Shown here piece after piece: positions 15,734 through 23,907 of a stretch of 33,073 nucleotides of DNA. Under the pieces are notes generated by a model. That model was given only the letters and a program-made list of their open reading frames with translations, was not told where the DNA came from and did not search any database. The stretch spans positions 1 to 33,073 of the forward strand of contig JBDRBN010000075.1 in NCBI GenBank assembly GCA_043822785.1, in the 5' to 3' direction. The position numbers and the translations under genes are program-made. This DNA comes from Pseudomonadota bacterium (GTDB lineage Bacteria; UBA10199; 2-02-FULL-44-16; JAAZCA01). Each line of letters starts with the position of its first letter. The first letter of the stretch is position 1.

Positions 15734-16864
15734 ATGCTGCAAAACCTTCATTTCACCCAAATCTTTGAAAACATCCCTTGGGTTTACATTCTCATCACCG
15801 CCCTGTTTTTTATCATAGCCCTGATCATAAACAAGATATGCAAGAACCTTCTCAAAAAACGGCTCTCAATAAAGGATGAGAAAAAGGATTCATTCTGGCA
15901 GCAGTTCTTAAGGTCAGAGAATAAATTTATTGTAAAGAGCTTAAGCTGGATCATCTGGCTGTCATTTATCGGCGCAGCCATTTTCATATGGTCATCTTAT
16001 ATCGGCAAGCTGTTTGCGAGACTTGAGAACCTTTATGCGCCGCTCCTTCGGGCTTTTCTCATAATCATCATCGCAATCGTGGCCCTTAAGGCGTCGCAGC
16101 ACCTGATGCGTTTTCTCATAGAACAGGTAGCCCCGATTACAAAGAGAGGCACTACACGCGGAAAACAAAGAGTGGATACGCTGCATCACGTGTTTGGCTA
16201 CGGCTTTACCATCATCATCATTGTCGTCACAGTGCTCATGCTCATGGACAACTTTGGAATCAATCTCAAGGCTATGCTCGCCACAGTCGGCGTTGCCAGC
16301 TTGGCCGTGGGCTTTGGAGCGCAGAGCCTGGTAAAGGATATAGTAAGCGGCATCTTTATTATAATTGAAGATCAGTTCGGCGTTGGAGATGTTGCTGTAA
16401 TAAACGGCGAAGGTGGGTTTGTGGAGAGGATGACGCTCAGAATAACGCAGCTTCGCAACACCGAGGGCATGCTCATAACCATACCCAACGGCTCAGTTGA
16501 AATGGTAAAGAACCTTACCAGCGAATGGTCTCGGGTGGATTACATGATAGGCGTAGCTTATGAGACAAACCTGGATCATGCCATGGATGTGCTCATGGAT
16601 GAGGCTACAAAACTCAAAAAAGATATGCCGGAAGAGATAATTGAAGAGCCGGAGCGGCTTGGGGTGGATGAATTTGGCGATTCCTCCATTACGCTGAGGC
16701 TGTGGATAAAGACAAAGCCATTAAGACAGTGGGTGGTCAAGCGTGAGCTCAACCGCCGGGTGTTCAAGCGCTTTGAGGACGAGGGCATCGTGATACCGTT
16801 CCCGCAGCGCACAGTCTGGATCAAAGAACCAAAAGAAGCGCTTCTGGCAAAGCTGGTGGAGTGA
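15734..16864 (+). CDS. Small-conductance mechanosensitive channel (MscS family)
   Basis: GVASLAVGFGAQSLVKDIVSGIFIIIEDQFGVGD, G.VE.M.LR.T.LR, IPNG and terminal IPFPQR. Start at ATG 15734 after GGGGGA. Confidence 0.92.
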   Translation: MLQNLHFTQIFENIPWVYILITALFFIIALIINKICKNLLKKRLSIKDEKKDSFWQQFLRSENKFIVKSLSWIIWLSFIGAAIFIWSSYIGKLFARLENLYAPLLRAFLIIIIAIVALKASQHLMRFLIEQVAPITKRGTTRGKQRVDTLHHVFGYGFTIIIIVVTVLMLMDNFGINLKAMLATVGVASLAVGFGAQSLVKDIVSGIFIIIEDQFGVGDVAVINGEGGFVERMTLRITQLRNTEGMLITIPNGSVEMVKNLTSEWSRVDYMIGVAYETNLDHAMDVLMDEATKLKKDMPEEIIEEPERLGVDEFGDSSITLRLWIKTKPLRQWVVKRELNRRVFKRFEDEGIVIPFPQRTVWIKEPKEALLAKLVE

Positions 16865-16873
16865 CAGGCGGCT

Positions 16874-16939
16874 TGTCATTCTGAGCTACGCGAAAAATCT
16901 CGGTAATCACCGGGACTCTTCACGTTGTTCAGAGTGACA
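16874..16939. repeat. Empty REP-like doublet, left of the GIY-YIG cassette
   Basis: TGTCATTCTGAGC...AATCTCGGT-aatc-ACCGGGACTCTTCAC...TCAGAGTGACA. Confidence 0.9.
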
Positions 16940-16945
16940 TACGGT

Positions 16946-17330
16946 TGTCATTCTGAGGAGCGCAAGCGACGAAGAATCCCGGTTAGAGCAACTTATGGAC
17001 AAGCATTATTATGTTTACATCATGACGAATAGTAGAAACACCGTATTATATACAGGCGTTACAAACGATCTCGAACGTCGTGTATGCGAGCATAAGGATA
17101 AAGTTAATCAAACATCCTTTACGTCACAGTATAATATCGAAAAGCTTGTTTACTTTGAAGACACAACAGATGTTAATTCTGCTATTGCACGAGAAAAAGA
17201 GATCAAAGGATGGGTACGAAAAAAGAAAATTGCTCTCATCGAAAGCCTAAATCCCTCATGGAGGGATTTATCAGAGGAGTCAGGATGAAACGAGGGGTCA
17301 CCGGGACTCTTCGCTTCGCTCAGAGTGACA
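16946..17330 (+). mobile_element. REP doublet whose loop carries the GIY-YIG gene (candidate autonomous element)
   Basis: Left arm 16946..16983 is TGTCATTCTGAGGAGCGCAAGCGACGAAGAATCCCGGT. Right arm 17300..17330 is ACCGGGACTCTTCGCTTCGCTCAGAGTGACA. The gene lies between them. Confidence 0.65.
16995..17288 (+). CDS. Stand-alone GIY-YIG endonuclease (97 aa)
   Basis: YYVYIM...LYTGVTNDLERRV.EHK...FT..Y....LVYFE...AIAREKEIKGW.RKKK..LIE..NP.W.DL. Confidence 0.92.
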   Translation: MDKHYYVYIMTNSRNTVLYTGVTNDLERRVCEHKDKVNQTSFTSQYNIEKLVYFEDTTDVNSAIAREKEIKGWVRKKKIALIESLNPSWRDLSEESG

Positions 17331-17337
17331 CTGCGGT

Positions 17338-17411
17338 TGTCATTCTGAGCGACCTAAGGAAGCGAAGAATCTCGGTAATCACCGGGACTCTTCGCTTCGC
17401 TCAGAGTGACA
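17338..17411. repeat. Empty REP-like doublet, right of the GIY-YIG cassette
   Basis: TGTCATTCTGAGCGACC...GAAGAATCTCGGT-aatc-ACCGGGACTCTTCGCTTCGCTCAGAGTGACA. Its right arm is identical to 17300..17330. Confidence 0.92.
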
Positions 17412-17436
17412 ACTCGTTGTCATAAAGGGGCAGAAT

Positions 17437-18975
17437 ATGGCAAATGACAAAGGCCTTAAGCGGGAGATAGGCGTATTTACTCTTGTGGCCATAGGCGTGG
17501 GCAGCATGGTTGGCTCAGGCATTTTCGCCCTGCCCGCTGCTATGGCAGCAGCAGCCGGCCCTGCTTTGATACTCGCAATACTCCTTGCCGGCGTCGTCAC
17601 CACCTTTTTGGCAATAGCATATGCAGAACTTGGCGCTGCATTTCCCATCACCGGCGGCCCCTACTCTTTGCCAAGACTGGCCATGGGAGATCTTGGCGGG
17701 TTTCTCATGGGCTGGGGCTATTTCATTTATCTCTTCATCGGCACAGCTGCGATCATCGACATCTTTGTAGTGTATCTTGGGTTTTATGTCCCGGGCCTAG
17801 CTGTGGGCGAGACGCTTACTCCTCTGGGAATTGTCATTGCAGTAGGCGCGCTATGGATATTCACCATCATAAACGTGATTGGAGTAAAATGGGGCGCGCT
17901 CTATAGTGTGGTCACTACGATCGGAAAACTAATCCCGCTTGCCTTGTTCGGAGTGATCGGCCTCATATACTTGCGCGCTGATAACTTTACGCCGTTTTTT
18001 CCGTTTGGCTTTAGCGGAGTCACTCTCGCAATAACGCTGTTTTTCTGGTCATACACGGGTTTTGAATCGATCGTCGTGCCTACCGAAGAGGTAAAAAATC
18101 CCGCACGCACAATTCCGGCTGCCATGATCCTTACCATGCTGGTGACCATTGTCGTGTATGTGTTTATCGCAGCAGCGTTTGTCGGCATGATCGATTGGTC
18201 AGGTCTTCACCTTAACATAGGCGAGTGGGCAGGCATTGGAAAGCTCTCTTCCCCCCTGTCCAATGCATCCATAGGCCTTGGGCTGCCGTGGCTTGCTGCG
18301 ATCGCAACAATCGGCGCGATAATTGCTACGGCTGGCGCTGGCGGTGATTGGGTCCTGCTTCAGGGACGCCTGCCATTTGCCATGGCTCAGGACAAACTGT
18401 TCTGGGCGCCCATGGCAAAAATTCACCCGAAATTCAAAACGCCGGCAGCATCCCTCATATTCACATCCATACTCACAACCATAATCTTAATAGCCATTCC
18501 AAACTTTCCATCTGTTGCGCTCATCGCCTCAGTCACTGCTATTGTACCGTATGCAGCAGCAGCTCTTGCAGTGCCCATATTGAGAAAAACTAAAGCCGAT
18601 GCTCCAAGGCCATTTAAGCTACCCTTCCCCTTTGTCATCACTGCCGTTGGATTCATCTTTGCCACTTTTCTCATCTATTGGGCATCGTGGCCATGGACAG
18701 CGGTTGGAAGCATACTGCTGTTGCTAGGCTATCCGGCATTTCTTCTCATCGGGAAAAAGGCATTTGAATTCAGAAGAAATTTGTGGGTGCCCATCTATTT
18801 ATTGGGTATAGTAGCAATATCCTTTATGGGCGATCCGCGCTTTACGTTCAACAACTTCACGCCGTGGAAACCGCTTGGCTTACTCAAGATGCCCATAGAC
18901 GTAATCGTTTTAACTGTTTTTGCGATTATCATATTCACATGGGCTTACTATACCAACATTAAAAGGGAGGCATGA
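17437..18975 (+). CDS. APC-family amino acid permease, probable arginine/ornithine exchanger by context
   Basis: LKREIG, GSMVGSGIF, YAELGAAFP..GG.Y, WSYTGFE, EEVKNPARTIP and RPFKLP. First gene of the arc cluster. Confidence 0.88.
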   Translation: MANDKGLKREIGVFTLVAIGVGSMVGSGIFALPAAMAAAAGPALILAILLAGVVTTFLAIAYAELGAAFPITGGPYSLPRLAMGDLGGFLMGWGYFIYLFIGTAAIIDIFVVYLGFYVPGLAVGETLTPLGIVIAVGALWIFTIINVIGVKWGALYSVVTTIGKLIPLALFGVIGLIYLRADNFTPFFPFGFSGVTLAITLFFWSYTGFESIVVPTEEVKNPARTIPAAMILTMLVTIVVYVFIAAAFVGMIDWSGLHLNIGEWAGIGKLSSPLSNASIGLGLPWLAAIATIGAIIATAGAGGDWVLLQGRLPFAMAQDKLFWAPMAKIHPKFKTPAASLIFTSILTTIILIAIPNFPSVALIASVTAIVPYAAAALAVPILRKTKADAPRPFKLPFPFVITAVGFIFATFLIYWASWPWTAVGSILLLLGYPAFLLIGKKAFEFRRNLWVPIYLLGIVAISFMGDPRFTFNNFTPWKPLGLLKMPIDVIVLTVFAIIIFTWAYYTNIKREA

Positions 18976-18976
18976 T

Positions 18977-19897
18977 ATGGCACGCTCGTTTCTTACAATG
19001 AACGACATTACCCGCGACAACCTGTTTTCTATCTTTGACAAGATCGAATCGTACAAAGAAAAAATTAAAAAAGGCAAAGAGCTGCACACTTTAAAAACAA
19101 AAGTGGTTGGAATTCTGTTTGAAAAACCCTCTACGAGAACGCGCACGAGTTTCGAAGCCGCAATTTTAAGGCTTGGCGGATCAGCAATCTATCTCTCTTC
19201 TGAAAACATGCAGCTCAAGCGAGGAGAGCCTATAAAAGATACAGCAAGAATCCTGGGCAGCTATGTGGATGCATTGGTCGCGCGCGTGTATGCGCACGAT
19301 ACAGTGATCCAGCTCGCTGAATACTCGGGCATTCCAGTCATCAATGGCCTAAGCGATCTTACGCATCCCACCCAGGTGGTGTGCGATCTGTTCACAGTAA
19401 AAGAGGTAAAGGGAAAACTCGAAGGCCTTACCATGGCCTATATCGGCGACGGCAACAACATGTGCAACTCGCTGTTTCTCATATGCGCCATGACAGGCAT
19501 GAACATGAACGCAGCGTGTCCAAATGGCTACCATCCTGATGAAAAACTATACAGCGATGCAAAAAAGATGGCGGAAAAGACCGGCGCCAAGCTGAATATA
19601 TTCGAAAGCCCAAAGCAAGCGGCGACAGGAGCAAATGTCCTGTACACCGACGTATGGGTGAGCATGGGAGAGGATGCTGAGAAGGAAAAGAGGCTAAAAG
19701 ATTTTCAGGGTTACCAGATAAACGCAGAACTTTTAAAGGTAGCAGTACCTGATGCATCTGTGATGCACTGTTTGCCGGCGCACAGGGGGCTTGAGATCAC
19801 AGATGATGTGCTAGAGGGCCCACAATCCATTGTATGGCAACAGGGTGCGAATAAGATGTATGGCGCAGCGGGGATATTGGACTTTATGATGGGGTGA
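18977..19897 (+). CDS. argF: Ornithine carbamoyltransferase (catabolic ArcB role by context)
   Basis: FEKPSTRTR, NGLSD..HPTQ, GDGNN, YTDVWVSMG and HCLP. Start at ATG 18977 after GGGAGG. Confidence 0.92.
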   Translation: MARSFLTMNDITRDNLFSIFDKIESYKEKIKKGKELHTLKTKVVGILFEKPSTRTRTSFEAAILRLGGSAIYLSSENMQLKRGEPIKDTARILGSYVDALVARVYAHDTVIQLAEYSGIPVINGLSDLTHPTQVVCDLFTVKEVKGKLEGLTMAYIGDGNNMCNSLFLICAMTGMNMNAACPNGYHPDEKLYSDAKKMAEKTGAKLNIFESPKQAATGANVLYTDVWVSMGEDAEKEKRLKDFQGYQINAELLKVAVPDASVMHCLPAHRGLEITDDVLEGPQSIVWQQGANKMYGAAGILDFMMG

Positions 19898-19906
19898 CAT
19901 TTTACT

Positions 19907-19992
19907 TGTCATTGCGAGGAGCTTAAGCGACGAAGCAATCTCCTGAAACTATGGAGATCGCCACGTCGGCTTTCAGCCTCCTCGCGATGACA
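19907..19992. repeat. REP-like doublet (GTCATTGCGAGGAG...CTCCTCGCGATGAC) inside the arc operon
   Basis: TGTCATTGCGAGGAGCTTAAGCGACGAAGCAATCTCC...GGAGATCGCCACGTCGGCTTTCAGCCTCCTCGCGATGACA. Confidence 0.9.
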
Positions 19993-20007
19993 AGAGGGAG
20001 GACAATC

Positions 20008-21312
20008 ATGGAAGGCAAAATCAGGGCAGAGTGGGATCCTTTAAAAAAAGTAGTGATTCACAGGCCTGGCATCGAGATGTTTTTGGGTCTCATGGAGCCC
20101 TATGGTTCGCTGTATGAGAGGGCATTTAGCCGCGATGAAGCCAGGCGTGAACATGAGGTCTTGGAACACACACTCAAACACGAGTTCAAAGTAGAGGTGC
20201 TAAGGCTCAAGGAAACAATTGTCCAGGCAGCAGAGAAGAAGCCTGAGGTAAGGGAGAGCCTTGTCAAACAGGCGCACGACGCCATCCTATATAAAGGGGG
20301 CAAACATGAGATAGAGATGGCAAGAAAAGAGTTTGTAGAAAACGCAAAATATCTGGACGATCAGCATTTCTTCTATCTTATGCTCATGTCCCCAATCATC
20401 GACCTCAAGGCAGAAAAAGGAACGCGCAACATTCAGCTCAACATCACAGAGCGTGAGCCTCTAGCAAACCTCTACTTCATGCGAGATCAGCAGTTTGTGA
20501 CGAACAAGGGCATAGTGCTGTGCCGCATGGCCAAGCCTGCGCGCAGGCGCGAGCCTGAGATCACGAAGTTTTTGTGGAAGGAAGTGCTTCATTTACCTAT
20601 CGCACACGAGATGTGGGAGCCGGCAACGATAGAGGGCGGCGAGTTCATACCCATGGGCAAGTTCGCGCTGGTTGGCATTGGAGACAGGACAAACCGCGAT
20701 GCAATAGACCAGCTTCTTTCGATCGGCCTTGATGTAGAAGAGCTGGGCGTTGTGCATCAGGCAAAGCATCCGCTCATCCCTGGCGACAAGCCCGACCCCA
20801 TGGTCAACATGCACCTGGACACATACTTCAACGTTGCCTCGAGCAAAGTCGTGGTGGCTTCTGAAATGCTGATAAAAGAAGCAAAGGTCGAGATCTATCA
20901 CAATGAAGGCAACGGAAATTTTGCAAAGGACGCGAAAGAAACAAATCTGCACGACTATATCAAAAGCAAAGGGTTTGAGATTATAAACATCACCACGCTT
21001 GAGCAGCTGTCTTATGCGTCCAATTTTTTGTGCATAAAAGACGGCCACATACTTGCCATCGAGGTGGAGCGCAATGTAAAGGACGTGCTTGCGAATCTGG
21101 AAAGAGCAGCCAGCAGCGACGCTAAGAGATATGGAAAACTGTATGAACAATCAAAGAGGGATTACGAATATCTCAGAAACGAGGGACAGTTCTTTCCGCA
21201 TAAAAAAGAATTAAATCAGTTAGGCATCGATGCATATCCGGTTGTGCTTACAAATCTTACCGGCGGGTATGGCGGCGCGCACTGCATGACCTGTGCGCTG
21301 GATAGAGGTTAA
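20008..21312 (+). CDS. arcA: Arginine deiminase
   Basis: AEWDPLKKVVIHRPG, NLYFMRD, EGGE, MHLDT and C-terminal GYGGAHCMT (catalytic Cys). Start at ATG 20008 after GGGAGG. Confidence 0.9.
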   Translation: MEGKIRAEWDPLKKVVIHRPGIEMFLGLMEPYGSLYERAFSRDEARREHEVLEHTLKHEFKVEVLRLKETIVQAAEKKPEVRESLVKQAHDAILYKGGKHEIEMARKEFVENAKYLDDQHFFYLMLMSPIIDLKAEKGTRNIQLNITEREPLANLYFMRDQQFVTNKGIVLCRMAKPARRREPEITKFLWKEVLHLPIAHEMWEPATIEGGEFIPMGKFALVGIGDRTNRDAIDQLLSIGLDVEELGVVHQAKHPLIPGDKPDPMVNMHLDTYFNVASSKVVVASEMLIKEAKVEIYHNEGNGNFAKDAKETNLHDYIKSKGFEIINITTLEQLSYASNFLCIKDGHILAIEVERNVKDVLANLERAASSDAKRYGKLYEQSKRDYEYLRNEGQFFPHKKELNQLGIDAYPVVLTNLTGGYGGAHCMTCALDRG

Positions 21313-21323
21313 GGAGAAATGCT

Positions 21324-22265
21324 ATGACAAAGAGAATTCTCATTGCACTAGGTGGCAATGCGCTTTCACAAAAGGGAGAGCGGGGAACAGCAGAGGAGCA
21401 ACTGGCCCATGTTCACGAAACATGTAAGCATCTTATCGGCATCATGGAAGAGGGTTATGAGATAGCAGTGACTCACGGCAATGGGCCCCAGGTGGGCGAG
21501 ATACTTTTGCAAAACGAGATGACCAAGGACAAACTGCCTCCCATGCCGCTGGATATATGCGGCGCAGAGAGCCAAGGCATGATCGGCTACATGATACAGC
21601 GCTCTTTGGATAATCGGCTAAGGCGCGCAGGAAAAACCATGCCTGTTGTGACAGTGTTCACCCAGACGCTTGTGGATGCCAATGATCCTGCATTTAAGAA
21701 TCCATCCAAACCCATCGGCGCATTTTACACAAAGGAGCAGGCAGATAAGCTCATGAGCGAAAAGGGATGGAAGATGGTGGAGCAGACAGGCAAAGGTTTT
21801 CGTCGGGTCGTGCCTTCTCCAGAGCCCATTGAGATCATCGAGGGCGCTGCGATCAAGCGGCTGTGCGATGAAGGCATGATCGTAATCGCATGCGGAGGAG
21901 GAGGTGTGCCAGTGATAGCAAAGAGCGATGGCGCACTAAAAGGCGTGGAGGCAGTTATTGACAAAGATCACACAGCTTCAGTGTTTGCAAAAACTATAGG
22001 AGCGAATGTCCTTCTTATCCTTACCGACACAGAGCACGTTACCCTAAATTTTGGAAAAGCAAATCAGAAAGAGTTGGATAAACTTACTGTAGCTGATGCA
22101 AAGAAATACCTGGCTGAAGGCCAATTTCCCAAAGGAAGCATGGGGCCAAAGGTGGAATCTGCTGTGAGATTTGTAGAAGCCGGCGGCGAAAGGGCGATAA
22201 TCACATCACTTGAGAAGGGAAAAGACGCCCTTGATGAAAAAGCAGGCACTACGATTTGCGCATAG
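21324..22265 (+). CDS. arcC: Carbamate kinase
   Basis: IALGGNAL, THGNGPQVG, GAESQGMIGY, KPIG, RRVVPSP, GGGGVPV, EAVIDKD and GSMGPKV. Confidence 0.96.
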   Translation: MTKRILIALGGNALSQKGERGTAEEQLAHVHETCKHLIGIMEEGYEIAVTHGNGPQVGEILLQNEMTKDKLPPMPLDICGAESQGMIGYMIQRSLDNRLRRAGKTMPVVTVFTQTLVDANDPAFKNPSKPIGAFYTKEQADKLMSEKGWKMVEQTGKGFRRVVPSPEPIEIIEGAAIKRLCDEGMIVIACGGGGVPVIAKSDGALKGVEAVIDKDHTASVFAKTIGANVLLILTDTEHVTLNFGKANQKELDKLTVADAKKYLAEGQFPKGSMGPKVESAVRFVEAGGERAIITSLEKGKDALDEKAGTTICA

Positions 22266-22274
22266 GAGGAACTT

Positions 22275-23351
22275 ATGTGGGAGTTCTTCAAAAGGTCTAC
22301 AAAAACCTTAGGCATGGCGCCAGGTGCACTGGTGCATGTAGGTGAGAAGAAGATTGAAGAACCCATTATTACGCTTTTCGATTTTGATGAAGAGCGCGTA
22401 ACTGAAAGGCGCGCTCTACACATCGACGAATGCATCCCTCTAAAGGACACAAAGTCTATAAGCTGGATCAACATAGACGGCATCCACGATACAAAGCTGA
22501 TCGACGATATAGGAAAGGGCTTTGGCCTGCACCCTCTTGTATGTGAGGATGTGCTCAACACCCACCAGCGTTCAAAAATAGACGAATTTGAGGACTACGT
22601 CTTCTTTGCCCTTAAGATGATATCTTATAATGAGGCAGAGGATGACATCGATATAGAACAGATAAGTCTTATCTTGGGAAAAAGGTTTGTGCTCACCTTT
22701 CAGGAAAAGCCGGGTGATGTGTTTGAAGGCGTGCGCGAGCGCATACGAAAATCCAGGGGAAAGGTAAGACAAGAAGGTTGCGATTATCTGGCATATTCGC
22801 TGTTGGATGCAATGGTGGATAGTTACTTCTTGGTGATGGAAAAGATATCGGATAAGGTTGAGCACCTTGAAGAAGCGGTCATAACTTCTCCTAAGCCAAA
22901 GGATTTGAACGAGATTCACAGGTTAAAAAACCGCATGGCCTTTTTGCGCCGCTCGATCTGGCCTCTTCGCGAAATCGTAGGTTCTCTTTTAAAAAACGGT
23001 TCAAAACTGATAGACGAAAAACTAGAGCCATATCTGAGAGATCTATACGATCACACACTACAAGTCACAGATGCGATTGATATGTTTAGGGATATGCTTT
23101 CCGGCCTGCAGGAAGTATATCTCTCAAGCTTAAGCAATAAGATGAACGAAGTGATGAAGGTGCTCACGATCTTTGCCTCTATATTCATTCCCCTCACTTT
23201 TGTGGCTGGAGTCTATGGCATGAACTTCGAGTACATGCCGGAGCTTAAATGGCGCATGGGTTATCCGCTGGTGCTTCTTATCATGCTAGGCGTAGCTTTG
23301 GTTATGCTTGGCTTCTTTTGGAAGAAGAAGTGGTTCGGGAAGCACGAATAA
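22275..23351 (+). CDS. corA: Magnesium/cobalt transporter CorA
   Basis: LHPL..ED, MNEVMKVLT, YGMNF and MPEL.W..GY. Two C-terminal transmembrane segments. Confidence 0.95.
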   Translation: MWEFFKRSTKTLGMAPGALVHVGEKKIEEPIITLFDFDEERVTERRALHIDECIPLKDTKSISWINIDGIHDTKLIDDIGKGFGLHPLVCEDVLNTHQRSKIDEFEDYVFFALKMISYNEAEDDIDIEQISLILGKRFVLTFQEKPGDVFEGVRERIRKSRGKVRQEGCDYLAYSLLDAMVDSYFLVMEKISDKVEHLEEAVITSPKPKDLNEIHRLKNRMAFLRRSIWPLREIVGSLLKNGSKLIDEKLEPYLRDLYDHTLQVTDAIDMFRDMLSGLQEVYLSSLSNKMNEVMKVLTIFASIFIPLTFVAGVYGMNFEYMPELKWRMGYPLVLLIMLGVALVMLGFFWKKKWFGKHE

Positions 23352-23364
23352 CTTGCTTAGAATT

Positions 23365-23790
23365 TTATCTCACCTTTGCCCTGGTCAGCAAAATGCCTGT
23401 AAACACTATCGCAATTATTAAAAGCGCCACGCTCGCCATGGTCGCTATCCCAGGCCACCATCTATGGATGAAGCCCAGTATGATGCCAACTGCAGTGCCC
23501 ACAAGAAAACCGTTCAAAAGCCCAACACCCAGCGACTCGCCAACACCCATCACTAAGCCTTCCCTCGCAAGCCTTGCGCCTACAAAGCACCCTATCACAC
23601 CGCCTATGAGGCCTCCGATCATGCCAAGCGCAACTGCCAAACCCAATCCCATGGGCATACCAAATGTTAGTGCACTGTGAACAGGCAAGATCTGGTTAAG
23701 ATGCAAAAGAAGTGCGCCAAGCGCTCCGCCCATGTATGAACCATAAGCAAGCCACCCCTTGCCTGTGAATACGCTCTTTAGGATGCTCAT
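23365..23790 (-). CDS. Glycine-rich (GxxxG zipper) membrane protein
   Basis: About 4 hydrophobic helices with GxxxG runs. SD AGGAG upstream. Confidence 0.7.
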   Translation of the reverse strand: MSILKSVFTGKGWLAYGSYMGGALGALLLHLNQILPVHSALTFGMPMGLGLAVALGMIGGLIGGVIGCFVGARLAREGLVMGVGESLGVGLLNGFLVGTAVGIILGFIHRWWPGIATMASVALLIIAIVFTGILLTRAKVR

Positions 23791-23829
23791 GATAATTAAC
23801 TCCTATAAATCAACACACTAGCGTTCTAT

Positions 23830-23898
23830 AAGTGTCCGACACTTTTTTCACCTTACAAATCAATGCATTAGCCATAAATAAGCGTCCGACACCTTATT
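23830..23898. repeat. Pair of short GTC-C-GAC palindromes
   Basis: AAGTGTCCGACACTT (23830..23844, perfect 7-bp arms) and AATAAGCGTCCGACACCTTATT (23877..23898, imperfect). Confidence 0.75.
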
Positions 23899-23907
23899 AC
23901 GGCGTTG

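Noticed and set aside
16874..17423. CRISPR array next to a nuclease
   Set aside because: The units are alternating inverted arms with 4-7 bp gaps, not direct repeats with 30-40 bp unique spacers. No cas genes are present.
17210..17425. 71-aa ORF with repeated GTLRFAQSD
   Set aside because: It is a translation of the REP arms overlapping the GIY-YIG 3' end, with no evidence of being a gene.
19951..20007. N-terminal extension of arginine deiminase in the ORF track
   Set aside because: It is translated REP sequence. A strong SD precedes ATG 20008.
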